A stretch of DNA of 64,000 nucleotides from Candidatus Hydrogenedentota bacterium (GCA_045863295.1 BTWA01000007.1:136469-200468), one strand, 5' to 3'. Numbered from the stretch's first letter, positions 46,874 to 57,369 are shown. The notes: generated by a model not told the origin, from the sequence alone. Translations and numbers: made by a program.

Positions 46874-48076
46874 ATGCAAGTAGAAATAATAATGATAGGA
46901 ACCGAGCTTCTTCTCGGCCAGATCGTAGATACCAACGCTTCTATGATGGGTCGGCATCTTGCTGATAACGGCATTCCTATCTATCTGAAGACTACGGTTG
47001 GAGACAACAAAAACCGCATCGTAAAAGTACTGGAATCGGCGTTAAGCCGCGCCGACGTGGTGCTCACGTCCGGCGGCCTTGGCCCTACGGAAGACGACCT
47101 CACACGAGAAGCCGTGGCGGAGGTCTTTGGGGTACCGCTCGAATACCACGAGCATCTTTACGACGAATTAGTCCGGCGCTTTTCAAAGCTGTCCCGCAAC
47201 ATCACTCCCAACAATAAGAAGCAGGCATATGCGCCGCAGGGTGCCACAATCTTGCCCAATCCGAACGGAACCGCGCCGGGGTTTCGGTGCGGCGATTCCC
47301 GCGGTGAAATCGTCTGTATGCCCGGGGTGCCCTTCGAATTGGAACCGATGCTGTGCGACCAGGTAATTCCGCACATCTGCAATACTTTTGGCGTAAAAGG
47401 GCTGATGCACTCGAGGGTACTGAAAGTGTGCGGCGTCGGCGAATCCAGAGTGGATGCGGCCATGGGCGACCTCATGGCCACACTGGAGAACCCCACAATT
47501 GGGGTTCTGGCCAGCCCGGAATGGGTTCGTATCCGCATCACGGCGCGGGCCGAAACAGTCGAGGAGGCGGAAGCCCGGATTGCTCCCGTGGAAGCGGCTG
47601 TAAGGGAACGTCTACCCGGGCTCATTATGGGGACCGGAGATGATACTTTGGAGGCCGTAGTAGAATCGCTCCTTGTTGAAAAAGGCTGGACCATAGCCAC
47701 GGCAGAAACCATGACGTCCGGCATGATCGCCCAGCGATTGACCGCAGCCGGCTCCAGGCAATTCCTGGGAGGTGAGAACCTTCCCATGGCGGCGTTCAAG
47801 GGCCGCGCAACCTCTGAGCAAGCCTTGCAGTGGGCGTGTCAGACGCGTGACCGCTTTGGCGCGGCCTGTGCGCTCGCCGTACTGGCCAACCCTGAAGATC
47901 GGCGTTTGCTTGTCGCATGGGTGTGTCCAGAGGGGCAAACCCTTATGGAGGCAGGGTTTGGGCGCATTACGCCAGTATTTCAGCTGCGTGCATGCACCCA
48001 TGCGCTGGAACATGTTCGTAGGTCCATTCTGGGAGTAGTGGATCCGTTTGCGGAGCCTACCTCCAAGAACATTTAA
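46874..48076 (+). CDS. cinA: CinA family protein (MoCF-binding-like N-domain + degenerate PncC domain)
   Basis: IGTELLLGQIVDTN; VGDN; GGLGPTEDDLT; NPNGTAPG; MPGVP.E; GVGES. Confidence 0.88.
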   Translation: MQVEIIMIGTELLLGQIVDTNASMMGRHLADNGIPIYLKTTVGDNKNRIVKVLESALSRADVVLTSGGLGPTEDDLTREAVAEVFGVPLEYHEHLYDELVRRFSKLSRNITPNNKKQAYAPQGATILPNPNGTAPGFRCGDSRGEIVCMPGVPFELEPMLCDQVIPHICNTFGVKGLMHSRVLKVCGVGESRVDAAMGDLMATLENPTIGVLASPEWVRIRITARAETVEEAEARIAPVEAAVRERLPGLIMGTGDDTLEAVVESLLVEKGWTIATAETMTSGMIAQRLTAAGSRQFLGGENLPMAAFKGRATSEQALQWACQTRDRFGAACALAVLANPEDRRLLVAWVCPEGQTLMEAGFGRITPVFQLRACTHALEHVRRSILGVVDPFAEPTSKNI

Positions 48077-48102
48077 CCGGCCTGCGGGTCCCAAGGAAAC
48101 AT

Positions 48103-48131
48103 TTGACAGGTTTAGGACCGTGTGCTAGACT
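48103..48131 (+). promoter_or_regulatory. Sigma70 promoter
   Basis: TTGACA (48103-08), 17-nt spacer, extended -10 TG-C-TAGACT (TAGACT at 48126-31). Confidence 0.7.
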
Positions 48132-48183
48132 GCTTTCGTTCCCGCAACATCTGTGGTGGTAAGCGGTTAGCCCCAGGGAGGAT

Positions 48184-48567
48184 ATGCCAGTGTTGAAAAA
48201 GTGCAAGGCTCTCGTGGCCATCCTGTTGATCGCGGTGGTCGCATTGGCATCAATGCCGCTGGGCGCCCAGTCCACTTACGATCCCGACGACATGATTACC
48301 CCGCCCACGGGCTTCGAGAAATCGCTGACCAAACTCGGTCGCGGCTTCTCGAACATCCTCCTTGGCTGGGCGGAGATTCCCGTAACCTTCGACAAAAAGC
48401 TCAAGGAAGGTAAGCCTCTCGGTTATTTGGTTGGCGTTGTGCCCGTGTTGGGCACGGCCCGCGCGGTGATGCGCACGGCCACTGGCGTCTTTGAAGTCAC
48501 CACCTTCGTATGGTCGGATAAAGAAGTCAATTACGACGCCATCCTTGAGCCGGAATACATTTTCTAA
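48184..48567 (+). CDS. Exosortase-system-associated protein, TIGR04073-like
   Basis: KLGRGFSNILLGWAEIP...R...GVFEVTTF...EPEYIF pattern; RBS GGGAGG. Confidence 0.75.
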   Translation: MPVLKKCKALVAILLIAVVALASMPLGAQSTYDPDDMITPPTGFEKSLTKLGRGFSNILLGWAEIPVTFDKKLKEGKPLGYLVGVVPVLGTARAVMRTATGVFEVTTFVWSDKEVNYDAILEPEYIF

Positions 48568-48581
48568 TTGCCTTGGAGACC

Positions 48582-48845
48582 ATGGTCTGGAAACGGCAGG
48601 GCGCGGCGGTCACGACTGCTGTGATTTTGAAGAACGGCGCCAAGGGCCGTGTCGTGCTGGTTGCCGGCAAAGAGAATCCCAAGGGCGCCGTAATGCTCAT
48701 GTCTGGCGGGGAACAGGGGGCGGTAGTCACGACAACCCTGACCAGTCACTATCGAGACTTGACCCAAGAACAACTGGTCGCGATTCTCTGCATGCAAGAA
48801 AGGGTGTTCGGCCAATCCGGCCTGACGGCACCTGAACTTCCGTGA
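48582..48845 (+). CDS. Small hypothetical protein
   Basis: RBS GGAGA; fills the operon gap; GTGA overlap with the HDOD gene. Confidence 0.5.
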   Translation: MVWKRQGAAVTTAVILKNGAKGRVVLVAGKENPKGAVMLMSGGEQGAVVTTTLTSHYRDLTQEQLVAILCMQERVFGQSGLTAPELP

Positions 48846-49693
48846 CCCACCGCTACACCATTGACAGTCTCCTCGAAGAGATCGTAACGCTTCCGAGCTT
48901 GCCCGACTCGGTCTTTCGCATTACGGAAATGGTCAACAGCCCCGATCCCAATATGCACGATATAGGGAAAGCCATTTCCGCTGACCCGGCGCTTGCGCTC
49001 AAGACTTTACGACTGGTCAATTCGGCCTATTACGGACTCGCCAACAAAGTCACCTCCGTCGAGCATGCTGTAACCCTGCTGGGGCTGCGCGTACTCAAGA
49101 ACCTGGTGTTTACAGCCACGGTATTTGAGACGTTTAAAACCAGCACTGCAGACTTGCTGCGCCACAGCGTGGCCTGTGCCGTCGCCATGCGTACCATTGC
49201 TGAGGCCCGCATCAACACCATGGAATTTGATCCCGAAGAAGCATTCATCTTTGGACTGTTGCACGATATCGGCAAGATCATCTTTCAACAATTTCTTCCC
49301 GAGGACTTTGAGAGCGCGGTGCATGCCAGTCACGTCCGAGGAATTCCCCTGTTTATTGCGGAACAGGACGTGATAGGCGTCGACCATGCCGAACTGGGTG
49401 CCTGCCTCGCCGAAAAGTGGGGCTTGCCGCCCGCCCTGGTTCAAGCCGTGGCGTCACACCACGACCTGTCCAATTGTTCCGATGTTGCCTTGAGACCCTT
49501 AGCTGCGACTTTGGCCGTGGCGGACTACTTCTGCATTGCGGCGGGCATACCCGCCGACAAGCGCTCCGTACTGCATTGTGCGGACGGTGCGTTTGGTGCC
49601 GCCAAGATTTCCAACGATCAGATCCCCGATTTGTTAAATCGATTCTTTAGAGCGCACGGATCCATCGACGAATATATACAAGTGGCGGCGTGA
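48842..49693 (+). CDS. HDOD domain signalling protein
   Basis: LPSLP; DPALALKTLRLVNSAYYG; GLLHDIGK; DHAELGA.LAEKWGLP; HH. Confidence 0.92.
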   Translation: MTHRYTIDSLLEEIVTLPSLPDSVFRITEMVNSPDPNMHDIGKAISADPALALKTLRLVNSAYYGLANKVTSVEHAVTLLGLRVLKNLVFTATVFETFKTSTADLLRHSVACAVAMRTIAEARINTMEFDPEEAFIFGLLHDIGKIIFQQFLPEDFESAVHASHVRGIPLFIAEQDVIGVDHAELGACLAEKWGLPPALVQAVASHHDLSNCSDVALRPLAATLAVADYFCIAAGIPADKRSVLHCADGAFGAAKISNDQIPDLLNRFFRAHGSIDEYIQVAA

Positions 49694-49802
49694 TCCGCAT
49701 TGGCATGACCGCGAAAAGGTGTGGCATGTGGTGTCGGCGCCGGTCTAATGTCGGCCATTCACGTGTTCTCATGCGGTTTATTCGGCCAAGGAACACTGCT
49801 CG

Positions 49803-50888
49803 ATGCGATTGATGGAATTGACATGTACCGGATTTCGCTGCCTGCGCCACTTGAGTTGGTCGCCGTTGCCCGGCTTGAATGTGATACGTGGTCTCAACGC
49901 GCAAGGTAAGACCACTATCCTTGAAGCGCTTCTCTTCGCAGCCACTTCGAAGAGCCACCGCACCAATACCGAAAGCGACTTGCTTCGGGAAGGTGATGAT
50001 CGCTTTTACATCAAGGCCGCCGTCGAAAGATTGGACCGATCCGTCACCCTGGAAGCCATGTGGCTCGGGGGCGCTAAACGCTTTCGAGTAAACGGAGTGC
50101 CACAGGCGCGCATCAGTGATATCTTGGGCAAGATACACCTCGTGTTTTTTTCGCCGGAAGACGTCGCTTTGGTCCGAGGGGCAGCTGCGGTGCGGCGCAC
50201 CTTTATGGACATGGAACTCTCGCAATTGTCTCCGGCCTATCTTCGCGCATTGCAACAATATCGCCTGGTGATGCGGCATCGAAATCAATTGCTGCGCGCC
50301 GATCGCTGGGATGAAAACCAGCTGGACGTTTGGGACGCACAATTGGCCGAACATGGAGAACGCCTGATGCGCGACCGGTCCCAGTTTGTCCAGGAACTCA
50401 GCGTGTTTGCCTCCCGGTCATACCAGTTGCTGTCCGGAGCGGAAGACATGTCGATGATTTACAAACCATGCGTTAGACAGCCCGGCAGCCTTGCCTCGGT
50501 ACTCGCCGGGTGCCGCGCCAATGACATCAAACAAAAAGTGACTACTCAGGGACCCCATCGAGACGATATCGATCTGTTTATCGCCGGCAGGAACGCGAGG
50601 CACTTTGCGTCGCAAGGACAACAGCGTACGGCGGCGCTCGCTATTAAGCTGGCGGAAGTCGATTTGGTGCACCAGCGTATTGGCGAATTTCCCATTCTCA
50701 TGCTTGACGACGTGCTGGGCGAGCTTGACGTGAACCGCTCTAACCGGTTGGTGCAAGCCCTTGACCGTGGTATTCAATGCTTGCTCACCACAACCAACCT
50801 CACAGACTCCGCTCGCATATTTGGCAGCCGTTGCGGCGAATTTGAAGTCTCCGCTGGCGAGTTTGTCCGGCATGGCGGTGAGAAATAG
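49803..50888 (+). CDS. recF: DNA replication/repair protein RecF
   Basis: GLNAQGKT Walker A; KSHR; FSPED; RRTFMD; GPHRDD; SQGQQR; LDDVLGELD. Confidence 0.95.
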   Translation: MRLMELTCTGFRCLRHLSWSPLPGLNVIRGLNAQGKTTILEALLFAATSKSHRTNTESDLLREGDDRFYIKAAVERLDRSVTLEAMWLGGAKRFRVNGVPQARISDILGKIHLVFFSPEDVALVRGAAAVRRTFMDMELSQLSPAYLRALQQYRLVMRHRNQLLRADRWDENQLDVWDAQLAEHGERLMRDRSQFVQELSVFASRSYQLLSGAEDMSMIYKPCVRQPGSLASVLAGCRANDIKQKVTTQGPHRDDIDLFIAGRNARHFASQGQQRTAALAIKLAEVDLVHQRIGEFPILMLDDVLGELDVNRSNRLVQALDRGIQCLLTTTNLTDSARIFGSRCGEFEVSAGEFVRHGGEK

Positions 50889-50917
50889 GTCAATCTGCCA
50901 ATTGTTGGCAGAAAGCC

Positions 50918-52588
50918 CTACTTGCTGGTGGGCTTACCTCGATACGGCGGGGGCTTCAGCGGAACGAGACCTCGTTCAGTGATTACACTCAGATTCTCCA
51001 GAATATAGCTTCGTTCTTCATTGATTCGAAACAGCGTAATCGGTTTACGTCCATCGAATACCTGCACATCAAATGGGATGTTTCTACCCGCAAGTTCCAC
51101 CTTCAATCGTTCGGGATCCAACGGCGGCTGTTGAATGACCGGAACCCACACCGTTACCCCCAGTGAGGCCATAACCATCGCTTGTTCGGCAAATCCTATA
51201 CCGACTCCTTCTATCGGCAAATTCGGATGGTAGTGTTGTGAAGCCAGTGTAAATTCACCGCCGTACCATTCGGGTATGCGAACCAGATCGCCCTGAACGT
51301 ATTTCGACTGAATGAAATCGGTTACGCTTTTCCAGTCGGGACGTATAGGACGCCGAAGGTCAGACAAGACATATGCCGATGAAATCAGAATGGCGATTAT
51401 TGCGCCCAGTCGTGGCAAACTGCGGTCAAACGACACAATGGATACTGCTCCGAGAAGAAATAGGGCATAGGAACTGTGCAGCACGTACCGTTCTACATAG
51501 CAAGGACGAACAGCATGCGAGAGCGCATACAAAACCAGCGTTGGCAGTACGAACCAAAGTACAAGAAAGCCCACGGCGGGTACGGTAATCCCTTGGTCCG
51601 GGTTCGAGCCCGCGGACGGCACGCCCTTTCCACGAATGGTGGACCATGGCTTGCACTTGGGCCGCATCGCATACATGAGCATGAGGTGCAGCAAGAGCAG
51701 TGCAAATACCGATCCGACTATCATTCCGCCATTGTATTTCAGATGGGGGGTCTCTTCGTTGCCAAACAGCAGTGCGCCGGAGTGTACATAGAGATACGAT
51801 TCCAACAAGACCTGCCAAGTCGGCAAGGGTATCCAACTAAGCATGATATCCATCTTTGAAGTCGAGAAGCCCTTTACCCACCAGGCAAAAGGGAGGAGCA
51901 CAGGGAGATGCCCCAAAGCCAGCAAGTACAACAACCGGTGACGGATTCCAAGGCGGCTCAACAAGACTATTCCTTGTACCAGCATGAGCGTGCAGCCAAA
52001 GAAATGTGTGGCTAACATGGCGGCATTGGCGGCTATCCAGACTGGCCACAGCCAGGTCTTGTTCCGGTACAGCGCGAGAAAGAAAACATAGGAGGACATT
52101 ATCGCCAGGAAATAGTACAACGAGTACATCCGGATGTCCTGGCTATGCCATATGTGGTGCTTTGAGAAGGACAACATGATCAAGGCTGTCAGTCCGCAGA
52201 AGTGGCCGCCCAATGACCGGCCGAACGCGTACAGCACTCCCATGGAACCCGCCGCCGTTAGGACTGAAAACCAACGCAGCAGTAAGATCGAATCTCCGCC
52301 CCATTTGGCAATGAAATACTCGAATAACAGGTATAGTGGCATCATCGCCGGATCGTATGTTCGTTCCGCCGCGAAGAACTCGGAGAGTGTTGCGCTGTCC
52401 AAGGCTGAAACACTTACGGCCTCGTCAAACCAAAGCGATTCTTTGTCGAGGTTGTATGCGCGCAACCCGAATCCGGCCGCAAAGACGATGATAAAAGAAA
52501 GTATTTGGACAGCCTGCCCGCGAGCCCACTTTCCATTTGTCGCGCAGCCGCGATCCGCGGCTGTCCCCTGTTCAGACACCGACCCCAT
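50918..52588 (-). CDS. GT-C fold glycosyltransferase (family 39/PMT_2-like) membrane protein
   Basis: SLWFDEA motif, PLY, SQDIRMYS, many TM helices. Confidence 0.85.
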   Translation of the reverse strand: MGSVSEQGTAADRGCATNGKWARGQAVQILSFIIVFAAGFGLRAYNLDKESLWFDEAVSVSALDSATLSEFFAAERTYDPAMMPLYLLFEYFIAKWGGDSILLLRWFSVLTAAGSMGVLYAFGRSLGGHFCGLTALIMLSFSKHHIWHSQDIRMYSLYYFLAIMSSYVFFLALYRNKTWLWPVWIAANAAMLATHFFGCTLMLVQGIVLLSRLGIRHRLLYLLALGHLPVLLPFAWWVKGFSTSKMDIMLSWIPLPTWQVLLESYLYVHSGALLFGNEETPHLKYNGGMIVGSVFALLLLHLMLMYAMRPKCKPWSTIRGKGVPSAGSNPDQGITVPAVGFLVLWFVLPTLVLYALSHAVRPCYVERYVLHSSYALFLLGAVSIVSFDRSLPRLGAIIAILISSAYVLSDLRRPIRPDWKSVTDFIQSKYVQGDLVRIPEWYGGEFTLASQHYHPNLPIEGVGIGFAEQAMVMASLGVTVWVPVIQQPPLDPERLKVELAGRNIPFDVQVFDGRKPITLFRINEERSYILENLSVITERGLVPLKPPPYRGKPTSK

Positions 52589-52808
52589 GTGTGAATTCCC
52601 CCAACAACTCACACGACGCAAACCCGATAAAGTACTAATCCCTGCACAAACTGCAGGCACCACAATCACTTGGTAACACCGCTATCTACAGTCTCCGATA
52701 CGGGCAAGCATTTCCAATCGGAAATCGAGTATGTCTAACTCCAGCGCCACACACCACAGGCATGCGCTGAAACCAACATACCGTGCCAGGCCAGAAACAA
52801 ATGTCGAG

Positions 52809-53861
52809 TCAGACAACCGGCATCTTTTGAATTGACTCATGCATGTAGGCCTTGGCAGAGAAGTCGGCCAGCAACATGCGGTCGCTTTCCGTATACGTCG
52901 TGTCGCCGGTAATGATCGCAATGTTGCGATCCATGTCCCCGGGATATGAAATTCCAATGTTTAGGACACTGACGCGCTCATCGCGCAACACCCAGCGAAT
53001 CGCCGCTCCGGGAAGCTGTTCCATCGCAGCTACCTCGTAGTCCGCAACCATATTCTTCGCATTGTGGTTGAAAACCCAGGCGCCCAGGACCTTCATGGCA
53101 ATGATGCCCATGTTCAATTCATGCGCCTTCGCCAGGCAGTTTTCACGCCATTCCACCTGCGTCTCCGAGTGGCGGGTGTTATACCCCTTCTTGAAATACC
53201 CATACTCAATTAAAACAGAGTCAAAATTCTTTGAATCAATGAGTTTGTACATTTGGTCAAACGCATTGTGACCGGTAATTCCGATAAGACGCACGAGGCC
53301 CTCCTCGCGCAATTGCGCCATCTCCTCGTACATTGGCATGCACCCGTCGTATCCCAAACGTTCGATGACCGGTCCATGAATTTGTATCAGGTCAATGCTG
53401 CTCATCTGGAGGTCTTGTAGCGAGGCTTCCACGCTTTCACGTACCTTACCCGGTTCGAATACCATCGCTTTGGACGCAAGGAATATCTTGTCCTGCACAT
53501 CCTTAAGCGCCTCGCCCATGAGCTTTTCGCTCTCCTGATAAATGCGCGCTGTATCGAAATACCGGATGCCCTTCTCGTACGCATCCCGAATCATTTTTAC
53601 TCGATCGCCATACGAGGGAACGTCTTTCAATCCGTAATACCCATACTCCTTCTCCATCAACGCCGAACCGCCATGCCCAAGCACGGGAAACGAATAGCCG
53701 GTTTTGCCAAATGGCCTTACCGGAATGGGGCCTTCATATGAAATCACCTTTCCAGCGGTTGGAGCGGCCGATAGACCTGCCGGCGACAATGCCACGGCAC
53801 CCGCCGCCACGCCCGCTGTCAGGAATGTCCGCCGTTCCATAGTCTGTTTCCCGGTCTTCAT
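52809..53861 (-). CDS. Aldo/keto reductase with Tat-like signal
   Basis: RRTFL; FGKTG; GIRYFDTARIY..SE..MG; IDLIQIH; IGITGH; AMKVLG; RBS GGAGG. Confidence 0.9.
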   Translation of the reverse strand: MKTGKQTMERRTFLTAGVAAGAVALSPAGLSAAPTAGKVISYEGPIPVRPFGKTGYSFPVLGHGGSALMEKEYGYYGLKDVPSYGDRVKMIRDAYEKGIRYFDTARIYQESEKLMGEALKDVQDKIFLASKAMVFEPGKVRESVEASLQDLQMSSIDLIQIHGPVIERLGYDGCMPMYEEMAQLREEGLVRLIGITGHNAFDQMYKLIDSKNFDSVLIEYGYFKKGYNTRHSETQVEWRENCLAKAHELNMGIIAMKVLGAWVFNHNAKNMVADYEVAAMEQLPGAAIRWVLRDERVSVLNIGISYPGDMDRNIAIITGDTTYTESDRMLLADFSAKAYMHESIQKMPVV

Positions 53862-53995
53862 GGTTTGCCTCCAGATTGGGGATTTCATGCGCCAACGCAG
53901 GTCCTAGAATCGCAAGTTCAGGCCGACGGTTCAACCTTGAAGGTAAGGCTGGCAAAACACATACAAGGAAATCTCGGCGACAATGGATAACGTCG

Positions 53996-55555
53996 TCAAA
54001 ACGAAATCGAAGTCAGAAACGTCACTGATACAGCGTCATCGCTTCCAGTCCCTCCAATGAATCGTGTGCCGTTTTCATCGAAGAACACTCCATCCTCAAA
54101 TGCATCGCCCACAAAGTAGTAAACGAGTTGCATGGAAAAAGTCAGATCTTCAGAATACCGGTATTCCGGCGCAAACATGATTTCAACACCGAGTTCATCC
54201 GATCCCTCTTCGGTCAAGAAGGGCAATGCTGGCGCGACGGGTATCCGAAAGTCGCCAACCTGCGCATACGCCGGTGCGTCAAACGGCTCCACGACTTCGT
54301 GGTAGAGTACATCCAGGCTTGCGCTTAATCGGTCGGTCAGCGCCAATTCAATACCTGCCCTAATCAACCAATAGTTGCTCAATGCGGAATAGTCCAGGAA
54401 GTGCGTCGCCCGATACGAAGAGAAAAGCCGGTTGAATGCGACACTCGCGTCTGAACGGTCAAACGGATTCAACCAATCGTCCGCGCCCAAGTCACGGTAG
54501 TCTTTCGCGCCAAAATAATGGCCCCCAAAGTAAACACGCGGCGAATACCGATTTTCAAACTGATATCCCAGTTCAAACACGCCGCCCCATGTATCGAATT
54601 CTGCTTCGTTATCGCCATAGACGCCGAAAGGCCTGAACGTGGCCCCTAGGGCGTCGGCCTCGCCCCATTGGTAAGCCGCTTCGAACCGATAGTCGATACT
54701 CCGCCACGCTCCTGCCACCCGAACACCCGCCGTATGCAGCGCCGAAGGATCATAGTCATCCAGTCCCAACACATCTTCGAGTTGTTCCAACGGCGCCGTG
54801 AACTGGGTGTCGTTCACCCGGGCTGCATCTCTCAAAAACAGATAGTAGAGGTCCAGCGTTAGCGCGGGCGAAATATCGAAAGACGAATAGGCGCCGAAAA
54901 ACGACGCATCGCCGTCCTGTTCTCTTCCGCCACTCTCCGAAAGTTGCGACGCCCATACATCCACCGTCGCGATGCCCCATTCATAGGTCAGGCGTATTGC
55001 GTCAAACGACGTTTCGGTGAATGGGTCCGGATCGGGATTGCTCCCTACCAGCCATTCGTCTCCGAAGGCAAGCACCTGACGGCCTATTCGCAACGTCAAG
55101 GGATGACCCAACACTTCGCGGGCCTCAATGTAGGATTGAAATATCTCCGGGTTGCCCTCATTGAACAAAGCCCTTGTATCGGCTCCCGTACGCCAGTCAG
55201 AACGGAAATCCTCGCCCCACGTCCAGACGCTGTCCAATTCCACGAATGCCGAAATATCACGGGTAAAATCGGCGCGCACATAAAGCTTGGTGCGTTGCTC
55301 GATGAACGTCGTCGCGTTCGCGTCTCCGTCATTGTCGACGTATGTGCTCGTGCCATTGTTGCCAATGGGCCGCCAGTCCAAAAGGAAGTTGGGCCATACC
55401 ACGTAATCCTGATCGGAAAAGAAACCGGAATAGTAGGCCCCATAGATTTCAATGGCCCCGCCGGTCTCGATGTTTCGCAGTTCGCCCTTGGCATTGGTCG
55501 TCAGCAACCCCGCGCATACCACGAGGAGGAGTCGTAACTGTACTGACTTTCGCAT
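53996..55555 (-). CDS. Alginate-export-family outer-membrane beta-barrel
   Basis: Signal peptide; LRIGRQ.L.FGDEWLVG; FDAIRL; E.AYQWG; C-terminal Phe. Confidence 0.82.
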   Translation of the reverse strand: MRKSVQLRLLLVVCAGLLTTNAKGELRNIETGGAIEIYGAYYSGFFSDQDYVVWPNFLLDWRPIGNNGTSTYVDNDGDANATTFIEQRTKLYVRADFTRDISAFVELDSVWTWGEDFRSDWRTGADTRALFNEGNPEIFQSYIEAREVLGHPLTLRIGRQVLAFGDEWLVGSNPDPDPFTETSFDAIRLTYEWGIATVDVWASQLSESGGREQDGDASFFGAYSSFDISPALTLDLYYLFLRDAARVNDTQFTAPLEQLEDVLGLDDYDPSALHTAGVRVAGAWRSIDYRFEAAYQWGEADALGATFRPFGVYGDNEAEFDTWGGVFELGYQFENRYSPRVYFGGHYFGAKDYRDLGADDWLNPFDRSDASVAFNRLFSSYRATHFLDYSALSNYWLIRAGIELALTDRLSASLDVLYHEVVEPFDAPAYAQVGDFRIPVAPALPFLTEEGSDELGVEIMFAPEYRYSEDLTFSMQLVYYFVGDAFEDGVFFDENGTRFIGGTGSDDAVSVTFLTSISF

Positions 55556-55738
55556 GGAAATCCCTTGAGTTTCTCGTCCCGCCCAAACCCTGCGTGACAA
55601 ATAATATCAGGCAATACACAAATTAGCAACTGTTAACTATATGCGTGCCAGTTTTCCACTTCATGGCCCTTTTGCCGGCCGGTCGCACCTGCCATACTGG
55701 ATCAATCAAACCAGCGGCAAATGCCAAGGACTGCCTGA

Positions 55739-57040
55739 ATGAGTATGTACGCAACCGGACTTACGGACCCCAGGGCCATATTTGAGAGCGCACAAGCCGC
55801 GTTTTCCGAAAATCTCATGCCGTTCTGGGCCAACAATGCGTGGGACGAACAGTACGGAGGATTTCTTACCCGCCTTGATCGACAAGGCCATCGCCTGGAA
55901 GATCACGAAAAAATTCTTATCATGCAGGCCCGAATGATCGCCAGCCTGTCGTTTGCACACGGTCACGGCATTCAACACCGTGGCTATCTCGAACTCGCCG
56001 GCCGCGGCTTCGACTTTCTGGTTCAAAATTTTTGGGATCGGGAAACCGGTGGATTCCATTTCTCGGTCGATAGGCAAGGTATTCCGCTGTGCACACGCAA
56101 GAACACCGATTTTCACGCCTATACCTTGATCGGTCTGGCAGAGTACTACCGTGTTTCTCAGCGGCCCGAAGCACTTGATTGGTGTCATCGTGTCTTCGAC
56201 GTCCTGACGCATAAGGCGGCCGACGGGGAGTGGGGGTATGTCGAGGACTTCGATGGGGCGGAATGGGATCCCCTGAATGCCGATCAGATGAATCTGGAAG
56301 GTCAACGCTTCGTAAAGACGATCGACATGCACACCAACATCATGGAGGCACTCACCTATCTTGCCCGCATTACCCGTGATCCCGATCATCTGACGGCTCT
56401 TCGCCGAGTCGTGGAATTAGTTGTTGCGAAAGGATTGGACCCCGACTACGGGGGGAGCATAACCGTATTTGATCGCGAATGGCACCCCTTGAAGGACGCA
56501 CTGGGAAATGCGACGACCTCGTACGGGATCAACGTGGAGATTGCGTGGCTGCTGGGCGAGGCAGCCTCGGTTCTCGGTGAGCCGTGGGACATTTACCGGC
56601 GTCCCATAGTCACGCTGATTGACCACGCCCTGATTTACGGATTCGACCATGAACGCGGAGGACTAGCCAATTATGGCCCTATGCAAGGCCATGTGCTTGC
56701 CGCTACCCATTTGCCGGCCAATCGACTGATCAAACCTTGGTGGACTCAGGCCGAAATGATGAACGCACTTATGGATGCCTATATCGTGACCCGCAATCCA
56801 AAGTACTGGCAAGCCTTTACCAAACTGGTTGGATGGATCTGGAACCACCAGATTGATCACCAGTACGGAGACTGGTACATGGAGACCGATTGGCACACCG
56901 GCCAGCCCACCTCTACAGACAAAGGTGGCGAATGGAAGACCGCGTTTCACGCAGGCCGTGCGCTTGTTCGAACCACGCAGACCTTGGCGCGCCTATTGCG
57001 GGAATCACGCGCCGATTCGCTACAATCGCCTCCACTATGA
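55739..57040 (+). CDS. AGE family epimerase (cellobiose/N-acylglucosamine 2-epimerase-like)
   Basis: FW...WDEQYGGF; QARMI; K..D.H...MEA; SYG...E.AWL; WWTQAE; WK..FH..RA. Confidence 0.88.
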   Translation: MSMYATGLTDPRAIFESAQAAFSENLMPFWANNAWDEQYGGFLTRLDRQGHRLEDHEKILIMQARMIASLSFAHGHGIQHRGYLELAGRGFDFLVQNFWDRETGGFHFSVDRQGIPLCTRKNTDFHAYTLIGLAEYYRVSQRPEALDWCHRVFDVLTHKAADGEWGYVEDFDGAEWDPLNADQMNLEGQRFVKTIDMHTNIMEALTYLARITRDPDHLTALRRVVELVVAKGLDPDYGGSITVFDREWHPLKDALGNATTSYGINVEIAWLLGEAASVLGEPWDIYRRPIVTLIDHALIYGFDHERGGLANYGPMQGHVLAATHLPANRLIKPWWTQAEMMNALMDAYIVTRNPKYWQAFTKLVGWIWNHQIDHQYGDWYMETDWHTGQPTSTDKGGEWKTAFHAGRALVRTTQTLARLLRESRADSLQSPPL

Positions 57041-57369
57041 GCAAAAAAGCCCCCAAGCACGTCGGCGATATCCTCGATAAGCTCAAGAAATCCACTGCTT
57101 TGGGTGAAAATCTTGAGCAGGCGCGCATCTGGGAGCGCTGGCCCGAACTTGCCGGCGCGCGGCTGGCCCCCCATGGACAGCCTCGAAGTGTCCGCGACAA
57201 AACACTTTACGTCGATGCCGAAAGTCCCGTTTGGGCGAATAGGTTTGCGTATGCCAAGTGGGACATCATTCGTCGTGTCAACCGTTTGGCCGGACGAGAA
57301 TTGATCAACGAAGTATTCGTCGCGCTTATTGCGGAAGAAGACACCCCGCCAGCACAACATGACGTATAG
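57037..57369 (+). CDS. DUF721/DciA family protein
   Basis: W.ELAG..LA.H.QP......LYV..ESPVWA pattern; directly upstream of gyrB; ATGA overlap with the epimerase. Confidence 0.8.
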   Translation: MSKKAPKHVGDILDKLKKSTALGENLEQARIWERWPELAGARLAPHGQPRSVRDKTLYVDAESPVWANRFAYAKWDIIRRVNRLAGRELINEVFVALIAEEDTPPAQHDV

